Shown here in pieces: positions 1 through 12,857 of a stretch of DNA of 64,000 nt (the first letter of the stretch is position 1; each line of letters opens with the position of its first letter). Origin of the DNA: Nemertoderma westbladi (lineage: Eukaryota > Animalia > Xenacoelomorpha); NCBI GenBank assembly GCA_032718475.1, contig JAUCBJ010000284.1, positions 1 through 64,000 on the forward strand. Direction: 5' to 3'. The notes under the pieces were generated by a model. That model was not told where the DNA came from and did no database searches. It worked only from the letters and a program-made list of their open reading frames with translations. The position numbers and the translations under genes are program-made.

Positions 1-317
1 ATCTTGGTATTCTTGGCTCGGTATGGAACTTCGTCGCATATAGTATTACTAATGTCATGTATAAAGATTTAATTTGAAAATATGTCAAATAATATATTTA
101 ATATTCAGATCCTGCTCCTTTCCCTAAATTGAGAATTTAACATTGAGGCGGGATATTAACTCGGCAAAATGGGATTTGCGTCCAGTCCCCCTGTCTCTTA
201 ATATTATAATGCTAACTACAGTTTAATTAATTAATGTAATTAATTAATATAGGCCCCTATGTTAATTTAAAATATAGCAATTTGATACAAAGTTCTGCTG
301 CATACATCATTACAATC

Positions 318-2240
318 ATGATCGACATAGGAAGTTGTATGGTATTTGGTGCGACATTCTGTGGTATTTACTTCTACTTAACGTCCACGGATTCGCGATC
401 CAATATGCCGCCGTCGCTTAAGGGTCTGCCTCTTATAGGCAACGTTATGTCGCTGCGAGGCGTGAAACCCGAACATTTCGGTGGAGTAATGGCGGGCTGG
501 TCGCGGAAACTTGGAAGCGGTGTCGTTTCGGTAAAACTAGGGCCAAAACAAATGATTATCTTAAATACATTTGGTTCAATTAAAGACGCTTTCGTAACCA
601 AATCAAAGGTGTTTTCTGGAAGAGTGTTACTAAATGTAAACGATAATGAAGCAAATAGGAGTGGAATTATATTTAATGAAGGAATGAGTTGGACTGTAAA
701 CAGGCGGTTGGCCACAAGAATTATGCGTAAGTTCGGTGTAGGAAAGGCCTCCATCGAGATAGGGTGGAGTTTGAAGCGGATGAGTTATGTGATGACGTCA
801 TGAAAAACGCCGGAGAAGATATCGATCCTTACAACGCGGTATATTTGACGATCACAGATGTATTTGCAACATTGTATTTGGAAGGCGTTTCGAATTTAGC
901 GACCCTTACCTTCAGGCTCTTATGGAATGCAATCAAGTTATATCTAAGTATAGCGGGCCGTCTTCTAGACGATTCATCAAAGTGGTAGGAGGTACGTAAA
1001 CTAGTCATACGTGAGGTCAAGGCCTTGATATGAGGTACTTTAACTGAATTTTATATGCGGCAGTACCTTGACTGCCACAAAATTGGTTACAAGTAAACAG
1101 ATGGGGTTACTTTCAACGCAATCAAAATTAATTTCTCTTCAGGGGAAAATCGACGCAAATAACAGCGTTCTTTTGGTTAGATTAACGTGCTGCTGTAACC
1201 GCCTGCTTTCCCTTAAGTGATCATTTAACATTGGGACGAGATATAATTCGCCGAGATATAATTTGAAATTAATAATTATTATTAATTATCCCCCCCCCCC
1301 CCCTGTCTGTCTCAAAGTAAATTAAAGAAAGTTACGCACAATATTGTTAGGATTAAGCTGTTTATTTATTCCAAACCGCGTGTAATTGTTCTCTTCGCTT
1401 ATTTTTAATGACAATTATTTTTCAGCAAAATACATCCCTGGAACACAAGAGAATGTTGTGCACAACATCCTCGTAAAGTACAACGATCTTGTACAACTGG
1501 AGATCAACGCACATCGCGACAGACTCAACTACGACTCCGATGATGTCGATTTGATCGACGGCTACCTGAAGGAGGCCCATCGCCTCAACAACGAAGATTC
1601 CGCCCGTTTCCTCACCGAAACCAATCTGGTTTCCATGATTAAGGATTTATTTTCCGCGGGTTCTGAAACAACAACGAGCGCAGTTTACTGGTTCATATTG
1701 CTGATGGCCAAGAATCCCGCCGTCCAGACTAGATGCCAGTCTCTTATAGAGGAATCAGTTTGCGGAACGACTTCTAGCGAGCTCTTCCGTGTCTTTCCGT
1801 ACTTGGAGGCCGTAATGAACGAAGTTCTTCGCTTCGCGTGTATAGCCGCATTCGCAGCACCCCATCGGCTCATCTCCGCGACAACGTTACATTCCTACGA
1901 CATTCCCGCGAATGTAACGGTATTGGCTAACCTATGGGCTCTGTGCCGCGACCCAGATGTCTGGGAGAAGCCGGATTCATTCTACCCTGAAAATTTCCTC
2001 GACGAGAATCACCAATTTATTAAGAAGGGGTCTTTTATTCCATTCGGTATCGGGCCTAGAATTTGTTTCGGGGAATCTCTAGCTAAGGTGGAGATGAGAG
2101 TGATATTCGCTAAGTTACTTCATCGATTCTTCATAACGCCCCCTAGCGATGGTGTGTTACCCTCGATAGACGAGATAGAAGGAGGTCATTTCAGACGTTC
2201 TAAACCGTTTCGGGTGATTCTCACACCTCGAACTCTCTAG
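318..2240 (+). pseudogene. Cytochrome P450, CYP2 clan; two exons (318-991, 1426-2240), exon 1 disrupted by two 1-nt frameshifts (pseudogene or assembly error)
   Basis: N-terminal TM segment plus PPSLKGLPLIGN, C-helix WxxxR (WTVNRR), FGVGK; exon 2 has AGSETT, EVLR, FYPENF and heme motif FGIGPRICFG. Phase-1 intron GTACGT (992) to TTTTCAG (1425). Continuous reading needs frame changes at ~759 and ~874 (then FGRRFEFSDP). AATAAA at ~2265. Confidence 0.85.
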
Positions 2241-2539
2241 AGGCTCTCTGTATGTACTATGTAAATAAATAAATAAGTATTAGTAATCGTAATTACTGTA
2301 TGCAATTATTAATTATTAGCACAGTATTTATGTATGATAGATGAATTAAACCGTGCTAATCACGATGAACTGGAGCTCTGACAATTCGCATCCTAGCGTC
2401 AAACAGATGAACCGTAAAAGTCTGCCTGTGTGTAGAATTTATAATTATTCATTGCTCGTAGGTTACTACTACCAAAATCCAGATGAATCTGATGGTTGGT
2501 TCTATGATTACAGCTACTTTTACGTTTCTGTCAATTCGC

Positions 2540-2710
2540 CCCTTGCGGCAGAGAGAGGAACTATATAGGTCTGCCTGTGTGTAGAATTTCTAAACTTTTA
2601 ATAGACTACATGTGTACCAAGTTTGGTTCCATTTCATCTATGATTGGCCGACTTATTAGCGTTCAAACATTCCTGCCACAAACCCAGCCAGCTAGCTAGC
2701 CACAAACAAA
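2540..2710 (+). mobile_element. Interspersed non-autonomous repeat (Helentron/HINE-like), related copy in reverse at ~22140-22290
   Basis: GTCTGCCTGTGTGTAGAATTTCTAAAC...TACATGTGTACCAAGTTTGGTTCCATT occurs here and reverse-complemented at ~22190-22260. Family assignment is inference. Confidence 0.5.
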
Positions 2711-3253
2711 CTAATAATAGCTGCAGGAACCCGAGCAGGTTCCAGTTCCAGTGATAATATTTATATTCGCCTCCGGACTAAATTGATATTTTACAGTAAC
2801 ATTTTACAGATAGTGGTGCATATTGGCAGAAAATGAAAAAGTAGTAAGCCCTACTCTCCATTGCAAATTAATTGCGGGATGGATGGTCGCAATGAAACGA
2901 AGTATTGTTTATTGTTTTGGTTTTAAAACACCGCCACTGTAATCCCCCCTTAGGCCAATGACTGCAATGACGGTAGGGGAATGGGTAATGTTGGTTAGTT
3001 GAACCTAACACAGTGCTAATTAGATACGAGGCGACTGAAGATGAATTTAGATGAATAAATTCTTAAATATTAATGCTAAATAAATTATATTATGTGTTAT
3101 AAAAATTATCATGTTTAAAATATTTTTATTCCAAAATTGTAACATTACTCAACGCCGTTAGTATTAACAGCGAGTTGTTATTTAGCACTTTAAAACTTTA
3201 GAGGACATTACAGCATTGTATTGGCCTGTACATTTAGTATTGTATTTGGTGTT

Positions 3254-3343
3254 ATTGTTTACGTGGTAACCAATGACGGCGTTAAGTAATGTCCACTACA
3301 GGGACATTACTTAACGCCGTCATTGGATACCACGTAAACAATA
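3254..3343. repeat. Near-perfect hairpin (~40-bp arms)
   Basis: TATTGTTTACGTGGTAACCAATGACGGCGTTAAGTAATGTCC pairs with GGACATTACTTAACGCCGTCATTGGATACCACGTAAACAATA. Confidence 0.75.
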
Positions 3344-3616
3344 TGTGGAAATTTGCCTACTGCAGATATGCCTACTGCATTGCCTACCGGTAGGCGGGGT
3401 ATAGCTTTTAATAACCAGCAGGGCCTAGCTATATTATTATAACATGGCTCCAAACGCCACCATAAATATAAGCTAACTTATTTATAACATAATTTATGTC
3501 ATTTTAACAATTATTTATACAGCAACTAATATAATTGGTACAGTTTCTATCACTTATAATGTATATGTACAATCATTTCGTAATGTTAAAATTTTGGAAT
3601 AAAACTACATACATAC

Positions 3617-3740
3617 TTGTTGCAAAGTACTTTACAGTGTTCTGATCCTCGGGGCTTTATTTTCACTCACTCACTAACGTTCGTTCGTGTAACAAAGCCA
3701 CTCGGATCATCACACTGTAAAGTGCTACTTTACACACAAG
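3617..3740. mobile_element. Small palindromic MITE-like element
   Basis: CTTTACAGTGTTCTGATCCTCGGGGCTTT ... AAAGCCACTCGGATCATCACACTGTAAAG imperfect inverted arms. Confidence 0.5.
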
Positions 3741-4631
3741 TAAGTAAATAGTTATTATTCTTCAATTGTTACTTTTTCGGTAGGTAGATGTTATCGTCTC
3801 TAGTGGCACCCAGCACTGGCCCATTTAAGTAATTCGGCCTGGCCGGATTACTTGACCTAATTCTACCGGATCTATTTACTTTCAGTTTCTCCACTCCCCG
3901 ATTCGATACCTACCAGTGCACCAAACTATTATTATTACAGTTCTGTAGTTATTATTTTATTATCTATTCTAGTATCACGTAGGTTGATAGGCCTACACAT
4001 TTACAGTTGAATATCTACATACATTGTATCATCGATGTCAGATAAAATTTATGAATCGCGATGTTCTATGTGAACCCAACGTGCAGCCGCTGCTGAGTCG
4101 ACCCAAACGATTATCTGTTTCCTATTAAGTTTAACAGATTAAGTAATATAATAACTAATACACCATGTCCCAGAATATAGTGTCTTAATTCAGTGACACG
4201 CCCCCCCCCCCCCCCCCCCCCTTAATTGTTCTACAAATCGTAATGAGATTGCATGAAATTTGAAACAGAGATAGTTTCACTTCCCGACCACTGACTGGGT
4301 GAGCCAGAATTTTTATTTTTGCTTTCAATCTTTAGCTACAAGCGTTTGAAAAAGGTGTCTCCGGGATCCGGCGATATTACACCAGTAGTTATTATTCTTC
4401 CTGATAGCTGTGGGGCGAGCGACGAAAGTAAGCGAGCTTAGCATACAAGTACCACTTACTCAATCGGTGTGTCTGTTGTTCTGTTGATCTGTTGTTCTGT
4501 CGTGTCCAATTTTAAACGTTAATAACTCAGCCAAATGTTAATGAAATTTAACCAAACTTGGTATACATATAGTCTGGCCAAAGTTTAGAAATTTTCCAAG
4601 TTGAATTTTCGCATGGCATTCGAGAAGCTAA

Positions 4632-4867
4632 AGGCCAAGATACACCACAGGAGCGGCGAGCGGCAGCGGCAGCGGCGAGCGGCCGCGGCAAGCGGCCACT
4701 TTTTAAAAATGGAACACATTATTTTCTATGGGTGATGATACAACACAAATGGCTGCTGCCGCTCGCCGCTCCTATAGTGTATCATACTAAAAGTCGCCGC
4801 TCACATCGGCCGCTCGCCGCGGACGCCCGCCGCTGCCGCTCGCCGCTCCTGTGGTGTATCATGGCCT
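4632..4867. mobile_element. PIF/Harbinger-type MITE
   Basis: TIR AGGCCAAGATACACCACAGGAGCGGCGAGCGGCAGCGGC / GCCGCTGCCGCTCGCCGCTCCTGTGGTGTATCATGGCCT, flanked by TAA on both sides. Confidence 0.8.
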
Positions 4868-5599
4868 TAAGATAATAACAGTTAATTAGTTAATTAAGTT
4901 GATTAGGGTAAAAACATCAATTTCAACCTGCCTCCTTAAAGGATATTAATTATTTTCTAGTATAAGATTTAAATAATTATACTTAAAAGTTATACAGCTG
5001 TAATCCCCATACAACATTCCATCATAGTTTTTAATTAGTTCAAGTGACTTGCTTTAATAAATGTGTCTTTAATTGATCTAAACGTAATTAAAGCGGCACA
5101 ATTATTGAGTACAAATTTAATCCTTCCCATTATTTGTCAACATAGTCTCTGCGGGGGTGTAAAGCTGCTAGCTGGCACCAGGGCAGAGGGGAATTGTACT
5201 GTAATAGGCAGCCAGTAGTATTGCTATAGCAACACAGACATAACTCCAACCACACTGCCTGTATTTCAATTCCTATTGACTCTATACTATAAATGTTGTT
5301 ACTATCTCAGGTGACAGAAGATATAATGACATAAATACTCATGGCTGTTGTAGGCTTATATCTGAAATAGTTTAGTTTTGTTTGTTGGCAAATGTTGCCT
5401 GCTAGAAGGGCACCGTAGAGTTTAGTCGTCCAAGTGTTGGACTGAGGGGGGTGGGATTGAGGGCGAGACGCCCTCCCCACACAAAATATAAAAAAATAAA
5501 ATAATAAAAATAATAGAGAAAGAGAGTAAGAGAAAGGAAAGTAATAGTACATAGTAGGTACGTAGTAAGTAAGTAGGCAGATATAAGTTAGTAAGAAGG

Positions 5600-8500
5600 T
5601 AAGAGGGTACGTAGTACCGTTAGTTAGAGAGTTAGTTAGTAGTAAGAGGGCACGTAGTACCGTTAGTAAGAGTTAGTGGAGTTAGTTAGTAAGAGGGTAC
5701 GTGTAGTACCGTTAGTAGAAGAGTTAGTAAGAGGGTACGTAGTACCGTTAGTAAGAGTTAGTGGAGTTAGTTAGTAAGAGGGTACGTAGTACTGTTAGTA
5801 AGAGTTAGTGGAGTTAGTTAGTAAGAGAGTACGTAGTACCGGTTAGTAAGAGTTAGTGGAGTTAGTTAGTAAGAGGGTACGTAGTACCGTTAGTAAGAAT
5901 TAGTGGAGTTAGTTAGTAAGAGGGTACGTAGTACTGTTAGTAAGAGTTAGTGGAGTTAGTTAGTAAGAGGGTACGTAGTACCGTTAGTAAGAGTTAGTAG
6001 AAGAGTTAGTAAGAGGGTACGTAGTACCGTTAGTAAGAGTTAGTGGAGTTAGTTAGTAAGAGGGTACGTAGTACCGTTAGTAAGAATTAGTGGAGTTAGT
6101 TAGTAAGAGGGTACGTAGTACCGGTTAGTAAGAGTTAGTGGAGTTAGAAGGTAGTAAGAGGGTACGTAGTACCGTTAGTAAGAGTTAGTGGAGTTAGTTA
6201 GTAAGAGGGTACGTAGTACCGTTAGTAAGAGTTAGTAGAAGAGTTAGTAAGAGGGTACGTAGTACCGTTAGTAAGAGTTAGTGGAGTTAGTTAGTAAGAG
6301 GGTACGTAGTACCGGTTAGTAAGAGTTAGTGGAGTTAGAAGGTAGTAAGAGGGTACGTAGTACCGTTAGTAAGAGTTAGTGGAGTTAGTTAGTAAGAGGG
6401 TACGTGTAGTACCGTTAGTAGAAGAGTTAGTAAGAGGGTACGTAGTACCGTTAGTAAGAGTTAGTGGAGTTAGTTAGTAAGAGGGTACGTAGTACCGGTT
6501 AGTAAGAGTTAGTGGAGTTAGAAGGTAGTAAGAGGGTACGTAGTACCGTTAGTAAGAGTTAGTGGAGTTAGTTAGTAAGAGGGTACGTAGTACCGTTAGT
6601 AAGAATTAGTGGAGTTAGTTAGTAAGAGGGTACGTAGTACCGGTTAGTAAGAGTTAGTGGAGTTAGAAGGTAGTAAGAGGGTACGTAGTACCGTTAGTAA
6701 GAGTTAGTGGAGTTAGTTAGTAAGAGGGTACTTGTAGTACCGTTAGTAGAAGAGTTAGTAAGAGGGTAAGTAGTACCGTTAGTAAGAATTAGTGGAGTTA
6801 GTTAGTAAGAGGGTACGTAGTACCGGTTAGTAAGAGTTTGTGGAGTTAGAAGGTAGTAAGAGGGTACGTAGTACCGTTAGTAAGAATTAGTGGAGTTAGT
6901 TAGTAAGAGGGTACGTAGTACCGTTAGTAAGAGTTAGTGGAGTTAGTTAGTAAGAGGGTACGTAGTACCGTTAGTAAGAATTAGTGGAGTTAGTTAGTAA
7001 GAGGGTACGTAGTACCGTTAGTAAGAGTTAGTGGAGTTAGTTAGTAAGAGGGTACGTAGTACCGTTAGTAAGAGTTAGTGGAGTTAGTTAGTAAGAGGGT
7101 ACGTAGTACCGTTAGTAAGAATTAGTGGAGTTAGTTAGTAAGAGGGTACGTAGTACTGTTAGTAAGAGTTAGTGGAGTTAGTTAGTAAGAGGGTACGTAG
7201 TACCGTTAGTAAGAATTAGTGGAGTTAGTTAGTAAGAGGGTACGTAGTACTGTTAGTAAGAGTTAGTGGAGTTAGTTAGTAAGAGGGTACGTAGTACCGT
7301 TAGTAAGAGTTAGTGGAGTTAGTTAGTAAGAGAGTACGTAGTACCGTTAGTAAGAGTTAGTGGAGTTAGTTAGTAAGAGGGTACGTAGTACCGTTAGTAA
7401 GAGTTAGTAGAAGAGTTAGTAAGAGGGTACGTAGTACCGTTAGTAAGAGTTAGTGGAGTTAGTTAGTAAGAGGGTACGTAGTACCGTTAGTAAGAGTTAG
7501 TAGAAGAGTTAGTAAGAGGGTACGTAGAACTGTTAGTAAGAGTTAGTGGAGTTAGTTAGTAAGAGGGTACGTAGTACCGTTAGTAAGAGTTAGTGGAGTT
7601 AGTTAGTAAGAGGGTACGTAGTACCGTTAGTAAGAGTTAGTGGAGTTAGTTAGTAAGAGGGTACGTAGTACCGTTAGTAAGAGTTAGTGGAGTTAGTTAG
7701 TAAGAGGGTACGTAGTACCGTTAGTAAGAGTTAGTAGAAGAGTTAGTAAGAGGGTACGTAGTACCGTTAGTAAGAATTAGTGGAGTTAGTTAGTAAGAGG
7801 GTACGTAGTACCGTTAGTAAGAATTAGTGGAGTTAGTTAGTAAGAGGGTACGTAGTACCGTTAGTAAGAGTTAGTAGAAGAGTTAGTAAGAGGGTACGTA
7901 GTACCGTTAGTAAGAATTAGTGGAGTTAGTTAGTAAGAGGGTACGTAGTACCGTTAGTAAGAATTAGTGGAGTTAGTTAGTAAGAGGGTACGTAGTACTG
8001 TTAGTAAGAGTTAGTAGAAGAGTTAGTAAGAGGGTACGTAGTACCGTTAGTAAGAATTAGTGGAGTTAGTTAGTAAGAGGGTACGTAGTACCGTTAGTAA
8101 GAGTTAGTGGAGTTAGTTAGTAAGAGGGTACGTAGTACTGTTAGTAAGAGTTAGTGGAGTTAGTTAGTAAGAGGGTACGTAGTACCGTTAGTAAGAGTTA
8201 GTGGAGTTAGTTAGTAAGAGGGTACGTAGTACCGTTAGTAAGAGTTAGTAGAAGAGTTAGTAAGAGGGTACGTAGTACCGTTAGTAAGAATTAGTGGAGT
8301 TAGTTAGTAAGAGGGTACGTAGTACCGTTAGTAAGAATTAGTGGAGTTAGTTAGTAAGAGGGTACGTAGTACTGTTAGTAAGAGTTAGTGGAGTTAGTTA
8401 GTAAGAGGGTACGTAGTACCGTTAGTAAGAGTTAGTGGAGTTAGTTAGTAAGAGGGTACGTAGTACCGTTAGTAAGAGTTAGTGGAGTTAGTTAGTAAGA

Positions 8501-11500
8501 GGGTACGTAGTACCGTTAGTAAGAGTTAGTAGAAGAGTTAGTAAGAGGGTACGTAGTACCGTTAGTAAGAATTAGTGGAGTTAGTTAGTAAGAGGGTACG
8601 TAGTACCGTTAGTAAGAATTAGTGGAGTTAGTTAGTAAGAGGGTACGTAGTACCGTTAGTAAGAGTTAGTAGAAGAGTTAGTAAGAGGGTACGTAGTACC
8701 GTTAGTAAGAATTAGTGGAGTTAGTTAGTAAGAGGGTACGTAGTACCGTTAGTAAGAATTAGTGGAGTTAGTTAGTAAGAGGGTACGTAGTACTGTTAGT
8801 AAGAGTTAGTGGAGTTAGTTAGTAAGAGGGTACGTAGTACCGTTAGTAAGAGTTAGTGGAGTTAGTTAGTAAGAGGGTACGTAGTACCGTTAGTAAGAGT
8901 TAGTGGAGTTAGTTAGTAAGAGGGTACGTAGTACCGTTAGTAAGAGTTAGTGGAGTTAGTTAGTAAGAGGGTACGTTGTACCGTTAGTAAGAATTAGTGG
9001 AGTTAGTTAGTAAGAGGGTACGTAGTACTGTTAGTAAGAGTTAGTGGAGTTAGTTAGTAAGAGGGTACGTAGTACCGTTAGTAAGAGTTAGTAGAAGAGT
9101 TAGTAAGAGGGTACGTAGTACCGTTAGTAAGAATTAGTGGAGTTAGTTAGTAAGAGGGTACGTAGTACCGTTAGTAAGAGTTAGTGGAGTTAGTTAGTAA
9201 GAGGGTACGTAGTACCGTTAGTAAGAGTTAGTAGAAGAGTTAGTAAGAGGGTACGTAGTACCGTTAGTAAGAGTTAGTGGAGTTAGTTAGTAAGAGGGTA
9301 CGTAGTACCGTTAGTAAGAGTTAGTGGAGTTAGTTAGTAAGAGGGTACGTAGTACCGTTAGTAAGAGTTAGTGGAGTTAGTTAGTAAGAGGGTACGTAGT
9401 ACCGTTAGTAAGAGTTAGTGGAGTTAGTTAGTAAGAGGGTACGTGTAGTACCGTTAGTAGAAGAGTTAGTAAGAGGGTACGTAGTACCGTTAGTAAGAGT
9501 TAGTGGAGTTAGTTAGTAAGAGGGTACGTAGTACTGTTAGTAAGAGTTAGTGGAGTTAGTTAGTAAGAGGGTACGTGTAGTACCGTTCGTATAAGAGTTA
9601 GTAAGAGGGTACGTAGTACCGTTAGTAAGAATTAGTGGAGTTAGTTAGTAAGAGGGTACGTAGTACCGGTTAGTAAGAGTTAGTGGAGTTAGAAGGTAGT
9701 AAGAGGGTACGTAGTACCGTTAGTAAGAGTTAGTGGAGTTAGTTAGTAAGAGGGTACGTGTAGTACCGTTAGTAGAAGAGTTAGTAAGAGGGTACGTAGT
9801 ACCGTTAGCAAGAGTTAGTGGAGTTAGTTAGTAAGAGGGTACGTAGTACCGGTTAGTAAGAGTTAGTGGAGTTAGAAGGTAGTAAGAGGGTACGTAGTAC
9901 CGTTAGTAAGAATTAGTGGAGTTAGTTAGTAAGAGGGTACGTAGTACCGTTAGTAAGAGTTAGTGGAGTTAGTTAGTAAGAGGGTACGTAGTACCGTTAG
10001 TAAGAGTTAGTGGAGTTAGTTAGTAAGAGGGTACATAGTACCGTTAGTAAGAATTAGTGGAGTTAGTTAGTAAGAGGGTACGTAGTACCGTTAGTAAGAG
10101 TTAGTGGAGTTAGTTAGTAAGAGGGTACGTGTAGTACCGTTAGTAGAAGAGTTAGTAAGAGGGTACGTAGTACCGTTAGTAAGAGTTAGTGGAGTTAGTT
10201 AGTAAGAGGGTACGTAGTACCGTTAGTAAGAGTTAGTGGAGTTAGTTAGTAAGAGGGTACGTAGTACCGTTAGTAAGAGTTAGTGGAGTTAGTTAGTAAG
10301 AGGGTACGTAGTACCGTTAGTAAGAGTTAGTGGAGTTAGTTAGTAAGAGGGTACGTAGTACCGTTAGTAAGAGTTAGTGGAGTTAGTTAGTAAGAGGGTA
10401 CGTAGTACCGTTAGTAAGAGTTAGTGGAGTTAGTTAGTAAGAGGGTACGTAGTACCGTTAGTAAGAGTTAGTGGAGTTAGTTAGTAAGAGGGTACGTAGT
10501 ACCGTTAGTAAGAGTTAGTGGAGTTAGTTAGTAAGAGGGTACGTAGTACCGTTAGTAAGAGTTAGTGGAGTTAGTTAGTAAGAGGGTACGTAGTACCGTT
10601 AGTAAGAGTTAGTAGAAGAGTTAGTAAGAGGGTACGTAGTACCGTTAGTAAGAGTTAGTGGAGTTAGTTAGTAAGAGGGTACGTAGTACCGTTAGTAAGA
10701 GTTAGTGGAGTTAGTTAGTAAGAGGGTACGTAGTACCGTTAGTAAGAGTTAGTGGAGTTAGTTAGTAAGAGGGTACGTAGTACCGTTAGTAAGAGTTAGT
10801 GGAGTTAGTTAGTAAGAGGGTACGTAGTACCGTTAGTAAGAGTTAGTAGAAGAGTTAGTAAGAGGGTACGTAGTACCGTTAGTAAGAGTTAGTGGAGTTA
10901 GTTAGTAAGAGGGTACGTAGTACCGTTAGTAAGAGTTAGTGGAGTTAGTTAGTAAGAGGGTACGTAGTACCGTTAGTAAGAGTTAGTGGAGTTAGTTAGT
11001 AAGAGGGTACGTAGTACCGTTAGTAAGAGTTAGTGGAGTTAGTTAGTAAGAGGGTACGTAGTACCGTTAGTAAGAGTTAGTAGAAGAGTTAGTAAGAGGG
11101 TACGTAGTACCGTTAGTAAGAGTTAGTGGAGTTAGTTAGTAAGAGGGTACGTAGTACCGTTAGTAAGAGTTAGTGGAGTTAGTTAGTAAGAGGGTACGTA
11201 GTACCGTTAGTAAGAGTTAGTGGAGTTAGTTAGTAAGAGGGTACGTAGTACCGTTAGTAAGAGTTAGTGGAGTTAGTTAGTAAGAGGGTACGTAGTACCG
11301 TTAGTAAGAGTTAGTAGAAGAGTTAGTAAGAGGGTACGTAGTACCGTTAGTAAGAGTTAGTGGAGTTAGTTAGTAAGAGGGTACGTAGTACCGTTAGTAA
11401 GAGTTAGTGGAGTTAGTTAGTAAGAGGGTACGTAGTACCGTTAGTAAGAGTTAGTGGAGTTAGTTAGTAAGAGGGTACGTAGTACCGTTAGTAAGAGTTA

Positions 11501-12480
11501 GTGGAGTTAGTTAGTAAGAGGGTACGTAGTACCGTTAGTAAGAGTTAGTGGAGTTAGTTAGTAAGAGGGTACGTAGTACTGTTAGTAAGAGTTAGTGGAG
11601 TTAGTTAGTAAGAGGGTACGTAGTACCGTTAGTAAGAGTTAGTGGAGTTAGTTAGTAAGAGGGTACGTAGTACCGTTAGTAAGAGTTAGTGGAGTTAGTT
11701 AGTAAGAGGGTACGTAGTACCGTTAGTAAGAGTTAGTGGAGTTAGTTAGTAAGAGGGTACGTAGTACCGTTAGTAAGAGTTAGTGGAGTTAGTTAGTAAG
11801 AGGGTACGTAGTACCGTTAGTAAGAGTTAGTGGAGTTAGTTAGTAAGAGGGTACGTAGTACCGTTAGTAAGAGTTAGTGGAGTTAGTTAGTAAGAGGGTA
11901 CGTAGTACCGTTAGTAAGAGTTAGTGGAGTTAGTTAGTAAGAGGGTACGTAGTACCGTTAGTAAGAGTTAGTGGAGTTAGTTAGTAAGAGGGTACGTAGT
12001 ACCGTTAGTAAGAGTTAGTGGAGTTAGTTAGTAAGAGGGTACGTAGTACCGTTAGTAAGAGTTAGTGGAGTTAGTTAGTAAGAGGGTACGTAGTACCGTT
12101 AGTAAGAATTAGTGGAGTTAGTTAGTAAGAGGGTACGTAGTACCGTTAGTAAGAATTAGTGGAGTTAGTTAGTAAGAGGGTACGTAGTACCGTTAGTAAG
12201 AATTAGTGGAGTTAGTTAGTAAGAGGGTACGTAGTACCGTTAGTAAGAGTTAGTGGAGTTAGTTAGTAAGAGGGTACGTAGTACCGTTAGTAAGAATTAG
12301 TGGAGTTAGTTAGTAAGAGGGTACGTAGTACCGTTAGTAAGAGTTAGTGGAGTTAGTTAGTAAGAGGGTACGTAGTACCGTTAGTAAGAGTTAGTGGAGT
12401 TAGTTAGTAAGAGGGTACGTAGTACCGTTAGTAAGAATTAGTGGAGTTAGTTAGTAAGAGGGTACGTAGTAAGAGTTAGT
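5600..12480. repeat. 47-bp tandem array, ~150 units, with degenerate flanks (~5545-5600, ~12480-12550)
   Basis: Consensus TTAGTAAGAGGGTACGTAGTACCGTTAGTAAGAGTTAGTGGAGTTAG; period 47 checked at 11641/11688; recurring indel and substitution variants. Confidence 0.98.
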
Positions 12481-12857
12481 AGAAGATAGTTAGAATGTTA
12501 GTAAGAGTTAGTGTGTTAGTAAAAGTTAGTAGAGTTAGTAGTGAGTAGTGAGAGGGGGGCACGTGGGTACAGCAGGACAGATCGTGTAGGCCGCACGAGA
12601 CATACTACTGTACTGCACAGCCCATAGAGTAGGCCAGAATATGGATTAAAATAAATCCATTAATAGATACTGATAGCACAGTTGTAGGATTAAATAAATA
12701 TTAAAAATCAAAATTAGACAAATTATGGTAACAGTAGATAGGATATTCTAGAACATAATTAAAGCCACTGACAAAATTAGGGAATTTAGGAAATTTGGCA
12801 CTTTAGGAAATAAAAGTAGGAAAATTCGGCAATAACCTAGCGTTCAGAGAGAGATAG

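Noticed and set aside
5600-12480. CRISPR array or true telomere
   Set aside because: Units are contiguous with no unique spacers and no cas genes; no TTAGG or TTAGGG runs, and the array is interstitial.
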